From the NCBI GenBank assembly GCA_951406725.2, contig OX597814.1, positions 162,006,001-162,070,000 of the forward strand: a DNA stretch of 64,000 nt, written 5' to 3'. Made by a program: the position numbers and the translations under genes. Shown piece after piece: positions 24,790 to 39,399 of the stretch; position 1 is the first letter of the stretch; each line of letters begins with the position of its first letter. The stretch comes from Octopus vulgaris (taxonomy: Eukaryota). Under the pieces are notes generated by a model, which ran no database searches, was not told the DNA's origin, and saw only the letters and a list, made by a program, of their open reading frames with translations.

Positions 24790-27050
24790 GTTGGAAATCC
24801 AGAAGGTGGCAACTACTGAATGGAAAAATCACCTGGGAGAGACCTCATAATCAGTTATTGGCTGCCTTTGTTAATTAGTTCAACAAATGCTGAGATTGAT
24901 GTACCAGACTGGTTGGCATTTGTATATACAACACTAGTAGCTAAAAACCAGGTGATTCATGTTACCAAAATCTTCAGGCCCAAAACATGCTTGAATGTGG
25001 TGTATAAATTATGCACAAGTTGTTTGAATTCATTCTTCCAGGATCACTGAAGAATGAATTCCAGGATCATACAGTCTGATGACTAATGAGTAGGCAACAT
25101 TAAATAAAGAAGTCTGGGGCTGTGCTGAACAACTCCTCATTAACAAAGTTGTCCTTATGAAGGTGAAACAGCACTGCTGAAACCTGCTGACAGTATGGCC
25201 AGATTATAAGAAGGCAGTTGATTCTGTTCCTTACTCGTGTATAATAGAGTCATTATGCCTTGCTGATGTTCCAACTGCTTTAGCATTAAGAGACTGATAA
25301 CAACTTGATTTATAGAGCTATTGATATGAACTGAAGCTACTACTATCATCACTAACAGAATTAGGCTACCAATAAATATTTCAATATTTGTAATGTTTTT
25401 TATCCTAGAAGTGAACTCTTTGTGAGTTCTGTTAAGGAATAACAAAGACAACATGATAGGCTCTGCTGATGGAAGAAAAATTTATGTTATCTCCATTTTT
25501 TTGTTTACAACCTTAAGCTGTTCCTGAGTAATATTCACAATACCAAAAGACCACTAGAACTGGTGGCAACATTCTTGTGAGACATAGGAATAAAGCTTGG
25601 TCAAGATAAATGTTCATAATTGGTCGTCAAATGAGGAAAGATTGTCAACCAGGCAAAGAATATGAATACCAATGGCTTGTTTGTCTCCCCTATCACCAGT
25701 GATGACTGTTACAAAAATCTCAGAATTGCTGAGAAAATTGTATACAACGGTATTGTGAGTAAAGTTAGAGTGACTTCAACAGATCCCAAAAACTATAGAA
25801 GTCAGAGCTGTTTGCATTCAATAAAACTAAGTGCCTTTACAGTGCCAGTGCTAGCACCAATATTTGGGATAGTAGACTGGATGTCTCAAGAAATCTGCAA
25901 TTTGGACATTAAGGTTAAGAAGATATTAAGATTGATAAATTCTACATCAACAGTGATACTGACAAGCTCAAGGCTAAATAGTTCAATGGAGATTGAGGCA
26001 TAAGATCAGTCTAGAAGGCTTTTAAGTGCAACATCGTCACTTAGATAATACCTTCTGAACAGTAAAGAGATAAATGTGTATCTAACATGTATACTCAACA
26101 ATAAAGGTAATGACATCATAAGAACAGGTGAAAAACTCCTGAACAAGAAATTTTCATCTGTTCTCATGCTGTTTCATGTGAACCAAGGGTGACCAGACTA
26201 ATCTATTTAAATAAAAACACGGAGGAGAAATACTCACCCTGAGAAATACTATACCAGCAGAAAGTTATGCACAGGTATATATCCTGTAAGCTCAAGAATA
26301 CTATCAATATTGACAGGAAAAGTAACCTCTCTTAGGCATACAATAAGTACGTTATATCTCACGTAGCAGGCTATGTCTTTGCTATTCAAAAACAGGAGAT
26401 AGCTATTAACTATCTGATCAATAAGAGAATTAAAGATGACAGTAGACCTCCATTTTGTGATAGAAAATATCAATTGTACTATACCAGTGTGAAAGATACC
26501 ATCCATATCAGCAGCTATCCAAAAATGCCTGATATGCTACCTTTTCATATGACATTAGTCACTAAAACCATCTGAACTGCTATATGGTGAAAAGATTCTC
26601 TTGGTGGCCATACAAAAGACACACCAGAACCAGAAAGTATCCACACCTTTAAAAATAAAGAATACTAATGGAACATTCCAGTAAAAACAACTAGTATGAA
26701 TATATTCCACCAGATATTATTGTATCGAATAAGGAACAAAAGACATGCAATATTGTAGAGATCAGCTTCTCATTGGATAAGAATCTCTCATTAGAAATTG
26801 TTAAGATCAACAATGGAGAACTAATGAAAAATCTACAAATTTTATAACCAGGTTATAGATTTTCTTTTGTACTTGTTGCATTGGACTATGAAACAACAGA
26901 TTTGAATCAAAAATCTGAAAATACTAGGGTTCTCCAAAAAAAGGAAAAGAGGAGAGTGGTTCACATTCTTCAAATATAATTGTTAAGAGGTAGACTAAGA
27001 ATTTTTTAAATATCTAAAATATCTCAGGATTCTCCATTAGGGTGAACATA
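24790..27050 (+). mobile_element. Highly decayed R4/Dong-like (RLE-type) non-LTR retrotransposon
   Basis: KSPGRDLIISYWL; YKNL.I.E; AFTVPVLAPIFGIVDW..EI..LDIKVKKIL; 3' RLE remnant at ~26700-27000. Confidence 0.75.
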
Positions 27051-27104
27051 TGCACATAATCACATATACGGTTGGAATACACACACAAGTATATACATGA
27101 ACAG

Positions 27105-28300
27105 TTGTAGCAGACACTCGAGTGAAATCAGAAAGAATGGTTGGTCATTAAAGTAAAATGAAAGCTGGCACTGAACTATGGAAAGGAATGTGTGTTCTGA
27201 GTCTGGTGAGCCATTTTCACAATGATAGAAGCTTTTGGCTGCTGAAAATCCTTATAGACTGGGGTCACCATTTTATAATTATAATGGGAAAAGGAGATAC
27301 TCCACAGGTGTCACAAACCTTCCATTTCATTATAAAATGGTGACTCCAGTCTAAAAGGATTTTCAGCAGCTGAAAGTTTCTATTATTAAAATGGTTCACC
27401 TGCCTTAGAACCCACATTTCTTTCTGTTGTTCAGTGCCAGCTTTCATTTTACTTTAATAACGAACCGTTCTTTTTAATTTCACTCGACTGTACACTACAG
27501 TTTTTTTTTTTTTTAGTTGCCAAACCTGTGTTGCAGTCTGCTAAAAGAATTTTTTTTTTGTTTAAGAAGGCATCAGAAAATGGTGGGTGAACTGGTAATT
27601 TTCTGTCTCAACACATGAGGCATCTGAACATAGTGGTAGATGGAAACAATGACTGGATGTGGATGGCCGGCTTGCTTGAAGTGTCCTCCCGTTGCTGTAT
27701 TTGGTGTATTTACTGGTATTAAATATTGACCGTCAACGTTGCGGGAGAAATTACTTCAAAAGGAGATTATTTGAAAGAATACTGTATATTTCCTTGTAAG
27801 AAGAATGCATACTCTGCGAGGTACAAGTTTGAGGCAAAGAACATGAATTCTAAAGATTCACTTGAATGAGAGAAGGTATTCTGACATCAGGCCATTGATT
27901 TTTAGTTGTGGCTCACCTGACTTAGAACATGCTTTCCTTTCTGTAGTTCAGTACCAGCTTTCATTTTACTTTAATGACCAACCATTCTTTCTAATTTCAC
28001 CTCTTCATTACAGAAATATCTTCCTTTTATTGTCTATTTTGTCTCTCACAAAATGACTAGTGAGGGGCTATCTGTAGCATACACTCGAGTGAAATTAGAA
28101 AGAACAGTTGGTCATTAAAGTAAAATGAAAGCTGAGACTGAACTACAGAAAGGAATGCGCGTTCTAAGTCAGGGGAGCCATTTTAACAATGATACAAGCT
28201 CTCGGCTGCTGAAAATCCTTTTAGACTGGTGTCACCATTTTATAATTATAATGGGAGAAGAAGATACTCTGCAGGTATCGTAAACTTTCCATTCCATTAC
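27105..28300. mobile_element. Four alternating-orientation copies of a ~190-bp unit (palindrome 27105-27500; 27908-28002; 28073-28300) around a possible GIY-YIG C-terminal relic; probable PLE
   Basis: ggtcattaaagtaaaatgaaagctg..actgaacta and its reverse complement recur; NYFKRRLFERILYI at ~27750-27790. Confidence 0.6.
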
Positions 28301-28547
28301 ACAGTAATGAAGCACACGCTCTTATGTACTAATGTGACACACACACATACACACATGCTATATGGATGCAAGTTTGTCCACACACACATACACACATATA
28401 TATATATATGCACACCAACCAATTCAGATAACTGCAAATTCTAAGAGCCATCTTAACTTAAACAAAATGACCTTGCAATTTTGTAAGTAATTAGGTTGAA
28501 TTCTGTAAAGGAAAGAGAAATTTAATAAATCTTAAACAAAAACTTAC

Positions 28548-28578
<31 letters not shown>

Positions 28579-28584
28579 CATACA

Positions 28585-28615
<31 letters not shown>

Positions 28616-29200
28616 TACATTGATCCATTGATACATGCATATACACATGTATGAATATAGAGAATCCCTCTGTTATTGAATATGTACACAAACATCAACG
28701 CAAGGAATACTGGTAGAACATTCCCTTCAAAACATCTTTCAAGTATAAATATTACAGGTTGGATATTGTTGTTTGGGACAGACAAGAAAAAGCATGCACC
28801 ATCATAGTGGTCAGCTGTCCTGCTGATGTGAATATCTCTTTGAAAATCAAAGGAAAAGAGGATAACTATGGACAACTTCTTCAACACCTCCAGCTTTTAT
28901 ATCCAGATTACAAATTCCCATTTATACCAATAATAATTGGTGCATTTGGTTTTGAGAGTAAATACCTAAGTGACAATCTGGATAAGCTAGGGTTTTCAGA
29001 AAAAGAAATGAACCAGCTAACTCACACATTATAAATACAATATGTAAGTGGGACACTTTAAAATATGCAAGACTTTTCTCACGTTTAAGCTGTAATATTC
29101 TTTGATATCTACATTCCAATGAGAGAGCTTTGTATCTTTGTTAGAAACCAGCTCCTTCCTCAGAGGAAGAATTTAAATAATTAAAAACAGAAGAAAACAT
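28616..29200 (+). mobile_element. R4/Dong-like LINE 3' end with restriction-like endonuclease domain (third fragment 36290-36725)
   Basis: DIVVWDRQEKACTIIVVSCPADVNISLKIKGKEDNYGQL..LQLLYPDYKF.FIPIIIGA.G resembles the PD-(D/E)xK RLE domain; flanked by (CATA)n. Confidence 0.8.
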
Positions 29201-31104
29201 GCATATATACATACATATAGGTATATATTTTGAGAGATTTTCTAGCAGTCCTGTGGTCTTTCCTCACAAAGTGAAACTGCATTCAAGTTATGCACCATCC
29301 AACTCTTCTGACCAGGATTTACTCAATTTAGCACTCCAAATTCTTCAGTGATCACTTCTTCACCAACTTGCTCAAAATCACCTCAATTAAAAGATGCCAA
29401 TTTACATTAAAATTTTGGACTGAAATCTCATTAACTAAGTGATAATAATTTCAATAGGTAAACATTTGTCTTTTATCAAGTTGAAAGTTAGTTATTTCAT
29501 TAAATCTCTCATAATTTTTGATTAATTTGAAAATTAAAACACAATGGGGTATATATTTGTTTGAAATATGTTCATAAAAGGATTAACATACTGCACTGTT
29601 TGTTGTTCTAATTTTACTAACTCCAAAATGATTGGAATTTATATCAGCTATCACTATTGGTTCTAGTTCTAAGCCACCTTGACTGACCTTTCAACATTTT
29701 CTTATTGTAAATATGTTTGGTATTTATCATTAGTACTTTCAACACTTGAAAATAAAATCAGCATCAAGTATATATAATTGAAAATATTGATTAGTAATTT
29801 TCAAGAAAAAGATAAATGAAATTATAAAAATAACAAAATGTTTTAACATTATATTATCTCTTAATACCAAAAGTAAAAAAAGTTAGCATTAATGCTTTCA
29901 CTTTTTCTTTCCTTTCTATTTTTTAATGTTAGCTTTTAAATTTCTGGCAGTAACTCAGTTATTTGCATATAAGTAGCAACAGAGCAAACAATACTGAATA
30001 TGTGATATGAATTGCTTGAATACTTCACAACTTCTTTATCTTAATTTCGGGTAACTATTTTAAAGTTACATTTTTGATTCAGGGCATCATCATTATAAGT
30101 TTAGTTTTAAAAGAATATTTACTTCGTTACTGGCCTTCAGTAGCGTAGATGTGCCAACTGATTTAAGTAACTGATTAACTGCCCGAAATAGTAGCTAAAT
30201 TTTTTTCAAATACTCTACACCATCTTACATAAAAGTGGGATGGTCACAACTGGAATGCATTTAATGATATCTACTGAATGAGGGTTGGTCTAAAATTAAA
30301 CAACAATAACTATAACAAATGTACCTCTTTGTAACATCGTAGTCGTCATCATCATCATCAACATCAACAACATCAACAACAACATTTTCTAGCAATTTCC
30401 ATCAAATATTCTATATTGTTTGTTATAGTGAAACATTCACATACACCCATCCATCTACTCAAACCCACACACACATGCACACATACACATACACACACAC
30501 ACACATGAATGCTTGTTTATGTTTGTGTGTAAGTATATGTGTTTGTTTCACCTTGTTTTGACAATGCCTGATAGTCGTAAATGATAATCACTGTTAGACA
30601 AGTGGTGTCATTTATTCCCAATAGTCTGTGTAAACATATCTGATCATGGAAAGATATTACCTGACTTGGAAACAGGTGAGGGTTGATGACAGGAAGGGCA
30701 TGTGGCAGTAGAAACTCTGCCACAATTAGAATTTTTCCAATCCATGCAGGCATGGAAAAGTGGACGTTAAGAAGATGATGATGATAATGAGGAGGAGGAA
30801 GGAGAGGAAGAGCATGATGATGATGATACATTCATTCAGTTTCATTTTGATATGTGGGTTAATCTCTGCATTCACATACATATGTTCATATTTACAATTA
30901 TACATTCATATACAATTATTCACAAGCACAGGTGTGACTGTGTTGTAAGAAGCTTGCTTCCCAACCATATGGTTCTGGGTTCAGTCCCACTGCATGGTAC
31001 CTTGGGCAAGTGTCTTTAACTATAGCTTCAGGCTGACCAAAGCCTTGTGAGTGGATTTGATAGCTGGAAACTGAAAGAAGGCCATCGTATGTATATTTAT
31101 ATAC

Positions 31105-31146
<42 letters not shown>

Positions 31147-32440
31147 CTTAGCAGTTCGTCAAAAAAGCTGATAGAAAAAGTACCAGGCTTAAAAAAAAGA
31201 ACGAAGTTTTGGTGGGGTCAATATATTCAAGTAAAACCTTCAAGGCAGTGCTCCAGCATGACTGAAAAAAGATAAAGGACAAAAGAATGCTCTATAGTCT
31301 TTATTTTAGTCATGTCAAAAGAACTGAAGACAAAAATGGCATGGAATGTGAAGTAATGACAGAAAGCACTACCTTTCTCCAAGAAAAGTATCAAATGTTA
31401 AGTGCAACCCAATATTTTTTTTTTTTAAGTATTAAACGAAAAAAGAGGGTCATAGAGGATAATTGATTTACTAAAAATAGGTCACACTAGTAAAATATTA
31501 AGAATTGGTGTTATGCGTTGGTTGATCAAGTTAAGCTTCAGAGGGTCTGTGAAGGCATCAAGAATATTTCCACTTTCTTCAGAAATTTATCAAAAGAATA
31601 GCAAAACAAAAGAAAAAAAAAGTCCAGATTAGTGTAGTAAAGCTTAAACTCATCTCTGTAGGTGCAGCACCTTCACTATTCAGTCATCAAACCTTGAATA
31701 TATCTGCACCCAGCTACCATCACCACCACCACCACCACCACCACCATCACCATCACCACCACCACCATGAATGTAAGCACCTAAAAAAAATGTTAATGTG
31801 AAATGATGCAAATGTGCTTTGCTGTTTTGAATAAGACTTCGACTGTTCTTTCTAATCAATATCTATGATAGTTTTGTTTCAGGCTTGATTGATTTAATTA
31901 CAATTTCATAGCATATTTATTCAATCACATGCATTGATTGCCAATGGAGAAATGAGAATGGAGTTGTTAAACTGCTTTACAGTTTAAATTGGGTCTATAA
32001 ATAAAATTATTTACACCGCTATTTCTTAAACTAAATTACAATTATCACATAAATTCACCTCTGACACATTATTTACTTTTTATTTTCAACAGAACAAAAA
32101 TATATATCACAAAATATTTCTAGCTTCCTATCAACACAAATTAATAGTTGTATACACCATTAAGAAATATAATCATACTATTATAAGCAATGTGCATGTA
32201 TTTTCATGTATTTTCAACATGGGTCTGATATTCAGTTTTACATTGCTAACACACATACAAACAGATTCCCACTCACACACTGACACACACACACACACGC
32301 GCACACACATGCGCAAATACATATATGGTATATGTGTGTATGTGTGTATTGGAGCCTGGTGCAGCCTTCTGGCTTCCCAGAACCCCGGTCGAACCGTCCA
32401 ACCCATGCTAGCATGGAGAACGGATGTTAAACGATGATGA

Positions 32441-32491
<51 letters not shown>

Positions 32492-32647
32492 TACATGCAT
32501 ACATATATATTAATCTCAAGATTAATCAGGCGAAATTGTGAGGATGATCCGGTTCTTGACTGAAGATTGAAGGCTTCGAATGTCCCGTCCGTGTTTTTTG
32601 TATCGTCTTCTAAATGTTTTACGTTCTCGTCCCAGTTTGCATTTTTC

Positions 32648-32718
<71 letters not shown>

Positions 32719-32742
32719 TTATATATATATATAATTATATAC

Positions 32743-32812
<70 letters not shown>

Positions 32813-32815
<3 letters not shown>

Positions 32816-32875
32816 TCTGATGAGTCACTATCAGCTAAGTTTTTAAGTATATCATACCAACGATAAACTATCTTC

Positions 32876-32946
<71 letters not shown>

Positions 32947-33036
32947 TTAGAAGATAGTTTGTTATCGTTGGTCAGAGAGTGACCATTAGTTTTGCACCTG
33001 TAAAAAACTTAGCTGTATAGGTGACTCATCAGACTC
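32813..33036. repeat. Inverted pLTR pair around (TA)n; minus arm holds a hammerhead with G12A (32977-33036), plus arm a deleted half
   Basis: Minus: GAGU-CUGAUGA-G UCACCU..AGGUG C-AAA-ACU AAU GGU-C-ACUC. Confidence 0.7.
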
Positions 33037-34086
33037 AGATGGCCAGAAGCACATAACCTCTCAACAACTGAAGGGAGGAAAACACCAGGGTCAGTTAAAT
33101 TTATAAACAAAAAATTACAGAATGAAACTCTGTTGGCAAAGCATTGGAGAATGCTAAGTTACCCCCATTAGATCAGTTCCAGTTATGTCCACGACCCCTG
33201 CCAAAAGGTTCTGAAGGTGGTAGCATTTCTCTAGTCAACAAATAGGGAATTCTATGATTCCAACAGGAATTTCCCCTAATGAAGACACTGACAAAACACC
33301 TCTTTCTTAGAGTTTAAAAAGGTCCTCAAGCACTAGCGTAGTTAAAGTGTGTGCTCTCCAGGCTGACCCTCCATTTTGCTGCCCCTGGACCTCCACAAGA
33401 AATACATATTGCCTGTAGTAGACTGAAAAGTACTGCCATCCCCATAAAAGTGCCACCCAGGACGGATTGTCCCCTCTGTCTCCCTCTAGCTATGCTAGTG
33501 CCTCCGAGTCAAATACATTTTTTGGGATTCTTACTATTTTGGTCAAGCAAAGCTTACATCGTTTTCTCCCATTGAAGTATGGCCCCAGTTGTTCTAGGAT
33601 TTAATTTTGCATGGTGCACCCTACTTTTTTAAATGCCATGTGTAACTGGTCAGGAATGTGATGTTGTTCTTCTCTGGTATTCTAAAAGAGGACCTGTGAC
33701 TGCTAAGAGAATGCTTGAATGGGCCACCTATAGAATCAACATATTTCCATGTCTGTGCCCTTGTGCTGATGGCATTACAGCTGCAGTTGTAGTTATTGTT
33801 TTTGCTCTTGTCACTACCAGACCCACTGCTGGTGCTGTTACTCTGTTGCTGCTGCCACTGGTGCTGTTACTGGTATCATTAATGTTTCCACTGTTATTTC
33901 TGATTGCAATGTTGGTGCTGTTGTTACTATTGTAGCTGTTGCTATTGCTGCCATAGCTGCTGCTTAATGCACTGCTGCTTTATGGGCTGCTGGTTTAACT
34001 GCCATGACTATTACAATTGCTGTCACCATTGTTGTTATTGATGGTAGTGTTGTTAATGCCATTGCTGCTGTTGTTGTTGCTGTTGG

Positions 34087-34460
34087 TCACCTCAAGCACC
34101 TGATGATAACTCTCAGAAGCGCTAGAGCAGCGGAAGGGAAACGAATCATCTCATCCAGTGTAGCCCCTAGTTGGCAGATATAGCGTTCCACCATCAGGGC
34201 TGGACATCTCAGCCAGAGATGTTCTGCAGATTCCACCTCTTCATTACAGAGTCTGCATTGATCTGTGTCACTGCATCCTGCACTCTTTTGCCACCACCTG
34301 AGTGCCAGATGATGACCGCTACGGAAGCATATCATGTCTGTGAAGTCTGTCTTCGAGAGGGCTGCTTCAGTTCTGTCATCCGGCTTCTTTGTGAAGACTT
34401 CCTTCAGACGGGGGTGTTGAATTGGCATCGGCTGGAACGTTTGACGAATAACCGCCTGAC
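34087..34460 (-). mobile_element. 3' fragment of an I/R1-group LINE (C-terminal CCHC knuckle) followed by decayed (CAA/CAG)n
   Basis: FRSGHH..CRLCNEEVESAEHLWLRCPAL; stop codon immediately followed by a trinucleotide tail extending to ~33780. Confidence 0.75.
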
Positions 34461-35281
34461 AAATGGCTGTATCAGTGGTGGCATTTGGTTGTGGCTGCTA
34501 TTGCTACCAATACCACTGTTGTCACCAGTGCAGGTCACTACCTTAGCGTGGTTTAAGGGTGCCCACTAATATTTTTTTTAATGCTCAGCATACACCTGAA
34601 AGATACCCTTAAGTTGTATCTATTAATCAAACACCTATATCTATGTAACTATGTGAAGTGTTTGTCCACTAATCCGATGAATATCCTTCCCACACAAGTT
34701 TTGACATTGAGTGAGAAGAGTGGGGCAAACCAAATGACTTTACAGTGGTGTTTCGTTTGTGGATGTTAGGGCTGTAGGGCTGGGCATGTAGGAGATGCAG
34801 TCCTCAAACATACTGGACATCAAAGGTAGTGGGGTGGGGGACAAAACAAAAAATTCTTTACTGGAGGATAGTTTCAAAATATATATATGGTGGAGGTGCA
34901 TGGCTTAGAGGTGATTGTAAGATTGTGGTCCTGATTCTTGGATCAGGTGATGCATTGTACTCTCGAGCAAAACACTTCATTTCACATTGCTCCAGCCCAC
35001 TCAAATGGGAAAAATGAGTAATTCTGTGACAGAGCAGCATCCCACCAAGGGAAGAATATACATACACCAGAGAAACTAGGAAACCAACACTATGCTCCGT
35101 ACAAAGTAGTGTGAACTAACAATATATGTATATATATATTATCATCATCATCATTTAACAGCCATTTTCCATACTGGCATGGGCTGGATAGTTTGACAGG
35201 AGCCGTCTAGGCAGAAGACTGCACCATGATTCACTGTCTTTTTTGGCATAGTTTTACGGCTGAATGCCCTGCAGAGTGGGC

Positions 35282-35322
<41 letters not shown>

Positions 35323-35389
35323 ATATATATACGTACATGTATATATGTGTGTGTGTGTGTGTGTGAGTATATATAAATATGTATGTATA

Positions 35390-35427
<38 letters not shown>

Positions 35428-35449
35428 GATGTATATGTATATATATGTA

Positions 35450-36288
35450 CATGGTGCTGTGAATAAACTTTTGTCTAAATTATGCAAAAATGAAAATAAC
35501 ACTGACATCTCATTTTAACAGATATATTTACCAAAATTACATAAAAATAGCTTGAAATACTAAATAGTAAATTTATTCAATAAAATTGCTATTGGCTTCA
35601 ACCATGGCCTCCAGATGACTTCGAAATCTCCTGTAACTCTTCTGGATGGTCTCTTTGTTTAAATTGGTGAATGCTGCCATAATCCTTGCTTTCATTTTAT
35701 CTTTGGTGCTATAAGGTGTTTTGTTGGTCTCTTGCTCAACTGAACCCCACACATAATAATCAAGAGGGTTGCAGTCTGGAGAGTTAGGTGGCCAGATGTT
35801 AGGAGTGATGTGGTCGCAGAAATTGTCTGACAGCCATGACTGGCTTCTCTTGCTTGTGTGGCATTGTGCAGAGTCCTGTTGCCAGGCATAGAGTCTTCCA
35901 GCAGCCACCCTCTTAACCCAGGCACTTGATGTAGGCATCTGTATTGTGTATGAGGTCGTATGGAAAGATGAATGGAGGCATAACATCCCCATCACTAGTG
36001 ATCACTCCAAACAACATGATGTTGAGTAGATGTTTGATTTTTATTAATCTCAGTACATGTTTTGGGGACATGACAAACACTCAGATTGACACTCAAACAC
36101 TCTTAAATGTTCATATTGGAGCTTCCAGTGCGAATACCAAGCAGTACAACATATCATTTCCAAAATTTCTGGCAGAGTAAATTGTGTCATGGTGCTTTTT
36201 TTTCACAGATGGTGCCCAACTGACCCTACAATACTGTGTAGTTGACAAAATCAAAAACAAGCAATATGAAGTGGTTACAATTTACCCA
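35450..36288 (-). mobile_element. Tc1/mariner maT (DD37D) transposon remnant
   Basis: WQQDSA...WPPNSPDCNPLDYYVW with 37 residues between the 2nd and 3rd Asp; TA + CATGGTGC.. left TIR; right TIR cut by an R4 fragment. Confidence 0.88.
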
Positions 36289-36827
36289 TGAACTATTGAA
36301 AAATCTGCAGTTACCCTATCCAAATTACAAGTTCAGGTTTATACCTGTAATTATTAGGGCCCTGGTATATGTAACACACTATCTAAATACCAATCTTAAG
36401 AAATTAGGCTTCCCAAAATCAGAAAGGAGAAAGCTAATTCGAAGACTACAGATCCAATCCATCACTGGAACTGTAAAAATCTGTAAAACTTTCCATAAGT
36501 TTATCATTTAAATATATATGATCATGTCTAAATATGCAACTATATGCATGAGAATACATGCATAATGCAAAATATAGAAATCTGCACACATACATACATA
36601 CATACATACAAGCAAAAAAAAACCCTGTTGTTGATGTTAAATTCCAATGAAGGAGCCTTGAATCTAGGTTAGAAACTGGCTCTTTCTTTATTGGCAAGAA
36701 ATCTAGAAATAAAACTGAACAATGTCATACATACATACATACATACGTACATACATACATACATACATACATACGTACATACATGCATGCATGCATGCAT
36801 ACATACATACATATATACATACATACA

Positions 36828-36861
<34 letters not shown>

Positions 36862-38551
36862 CGTATATGCATACATATGTACATATATGTATATATATAT
36901 ACACACACACATATACATATATATGTATGTATATATATATACATATTTATATACACATGAATATATATCTTTATCTCATTCACTCACACATGAATATGCA
37001 TGTGTGAATATATGCATATTCATGTGTGTGTGTATTTGCAACCATGTACATTTATATGCATAGTTGCATATATGTAAATGTAAGTGAAGGAATATATGCA
37101 TGTATGTACATATGCATACATACATATTACATATGTGCATGCATGCATGCATGCATGCATACATGCATACATACATATATACATACACACATACATACGT
37201 ACATACATACATACATACATACATACATACATACATTTGTATGCACTCATACACAGACAAACACACATGTATACACACATTTATTCCTATTCATATAAAT
37301 ACACCTATGCACCGTTTATTGGAGTTTTGCCAGTGGTAGGTTAAAATTTAAGGAGCAAAATTTCATTATCAGATCGTCTTTTCAACATTTCAACTCCTTC
37401 TACCATAGATTATAGAATATTAATGTGTTAGTGAGAAGATTAATTCAAGTAAAGTAGAAATTATAGCTGTAAGCAAGTTATATTTCAGTTTAATTTTATA
37501 AGAAATTTCATGCCTTATATATGGTTAAATTCAGAGATTTAACTTGAGTAATTTGGTGGGGATTTTTTTTTTTTTTTTATGTTAGTAGCAATAATGGTTT
37601 GAAGATTGTATTCCAGTATAGCAGATTATGCCATGACGGCTAGCTCACACTAAAGAAATAAAATAGTGTGCAAGTTACATCATCTCAAGCATTATCATTT
37701 GAATTACATTAAATTTACTGAAAAAAATTATAATATAAAATGAAATATTACAACTTGAGAAATATTTTCTTTTCATAAAGAAACATTAAATTAGAATGGA
37801 AATTTTATAGTCATTTTATGAGCAAGGACATCTTATTAATTTAATAAAAGCTTCTTATTTCTTTCTATCCACTTTTTTTTCATTCACAAAGTAGCCTCTC
37901 TGTTTTTAGATGAGCCAGTGAAGAAACGTCTGTGTGGGTGATGTATCAGCCAGAAATTACAACTAAAACTGCCCTCAAATTACACATCATCATCTTAAGA
38001 AAGGAAGGATGCATTGAAGACTGTAGACATAGATATACAAAATGAAGAGATGGTTATGGCTGGAATGACTAAAAGTTTTGGCTTGATCAATCAAGGCTGA
38101 CTTGGGATTAAAAAAAGACACTGTTTCTAGATATAGCTCCCCTATGATAAAGAAATATGATGTTTTTCCAGATGCGATTTCAAATCAAGTAAGATTTTTC
38201 TAAGATCTTGAGAATAATTTAATTTCGAAAAGTTGTTTTCATATATTTTAGAGAAAAAAAAATAACTGAGAAAAATTACTTAGATGCACCATCTGCAATA
38301 AAAATAATAGCCAAGGTAGTTTTACCATATTTAATGCCATGAGTCTTAATGAACTAATTAGGAATAATTATGCTGTGAGGAAAAGACTATTAATCAATGA
38401 CCAAGGCAATGTGATTAAGAAGTTTGCTTCACACCTGTGTAGTTTTGAGTTCAGTTTCTCTGCATTGTACTCTTATTGTTATATATTATTACCTTTGGCC
38501 AACCAATGCCTTGTGAATGAATTTGGTAGGCAGAAACAGTGAGAAAACCTG

Positions 38552-38587
<36 letters not shown>

Positions 38588-39399
38588 ACGCACTTGTGTG
38601 TGTATGTGTTTACATGTGTATCTTCACCACCAGACCAATAGTATTAGTTTGTTTGTGTCTCTGCAACTTAACAGTTCAGCAAAAAGACTAACAGAATAAG
38701 TACTACTCTTCAAAAATTAGTACTAGGATCTCTTTGTTCAACTAAATCTTTTACATGAAACAAGTAAAAGAATAAAATAATATTCTGGCAAATGTGGGAG
38801 ACAACCCCAGGCATGTTTTAATGTTATTAAATTTCCTCAGTGAAGCATAGATTTCACTGTACTTGCCAAAGTATTTTTTTTTTTGTTAGTTTCTCTGCTG
38901 TTCTTACAAAAGTATTAAGCTGTCTAAAGACACTTGTAACACTCAGGTAGTGAAAAATGACATCAACTAGAAAATCATACCACATCACAGATTAGGCTTG
39001 GGAAGAGTCTTATCACCGCTATGAGAGTTATAAGAGATTAGACAGATAAATACATAGGAAATAAATCAATCGATAAAAAGAATTAAAGACAAGATAATTC
39101 GGAAAGTTATAGTTTAAAGTTTACCAGAGTCTACGATATTGCAAACATTCAGAATATGTTTAGAGGATCCCAATCTGTTGCAGGTGAAGATGCTTAGTGT
39201 AATGGTTAAGGTTTTGAACTAAAGATTAGTAGATCATAGGTTCAATTATTGAACTGGGCAGCACATTGAGTTCTTGAGCAAGACTCTTGTTTTTGTGTTG
39301 CACCACTAAACTCGGCAGAAAATGAATGCAAGTGATACTTGGGGATTAGCCCTGTAGCTGATTGGTGTTCTGGTCAATGGGAAGTTTTATATACTAAAT

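Noticed and set aside
25155-25454. 99-aa hydrophobic ORF resembling a membrane protein
   Set aside because: Lies antisense within the decayed R4-like element.
31690-31780. Gly/Asp-rich minus-strand exon candidate after a T-rich acceptor
   Set aside because: Mostly a (CAC/CAT)n microsatellite with a weak donor; insufficient support.
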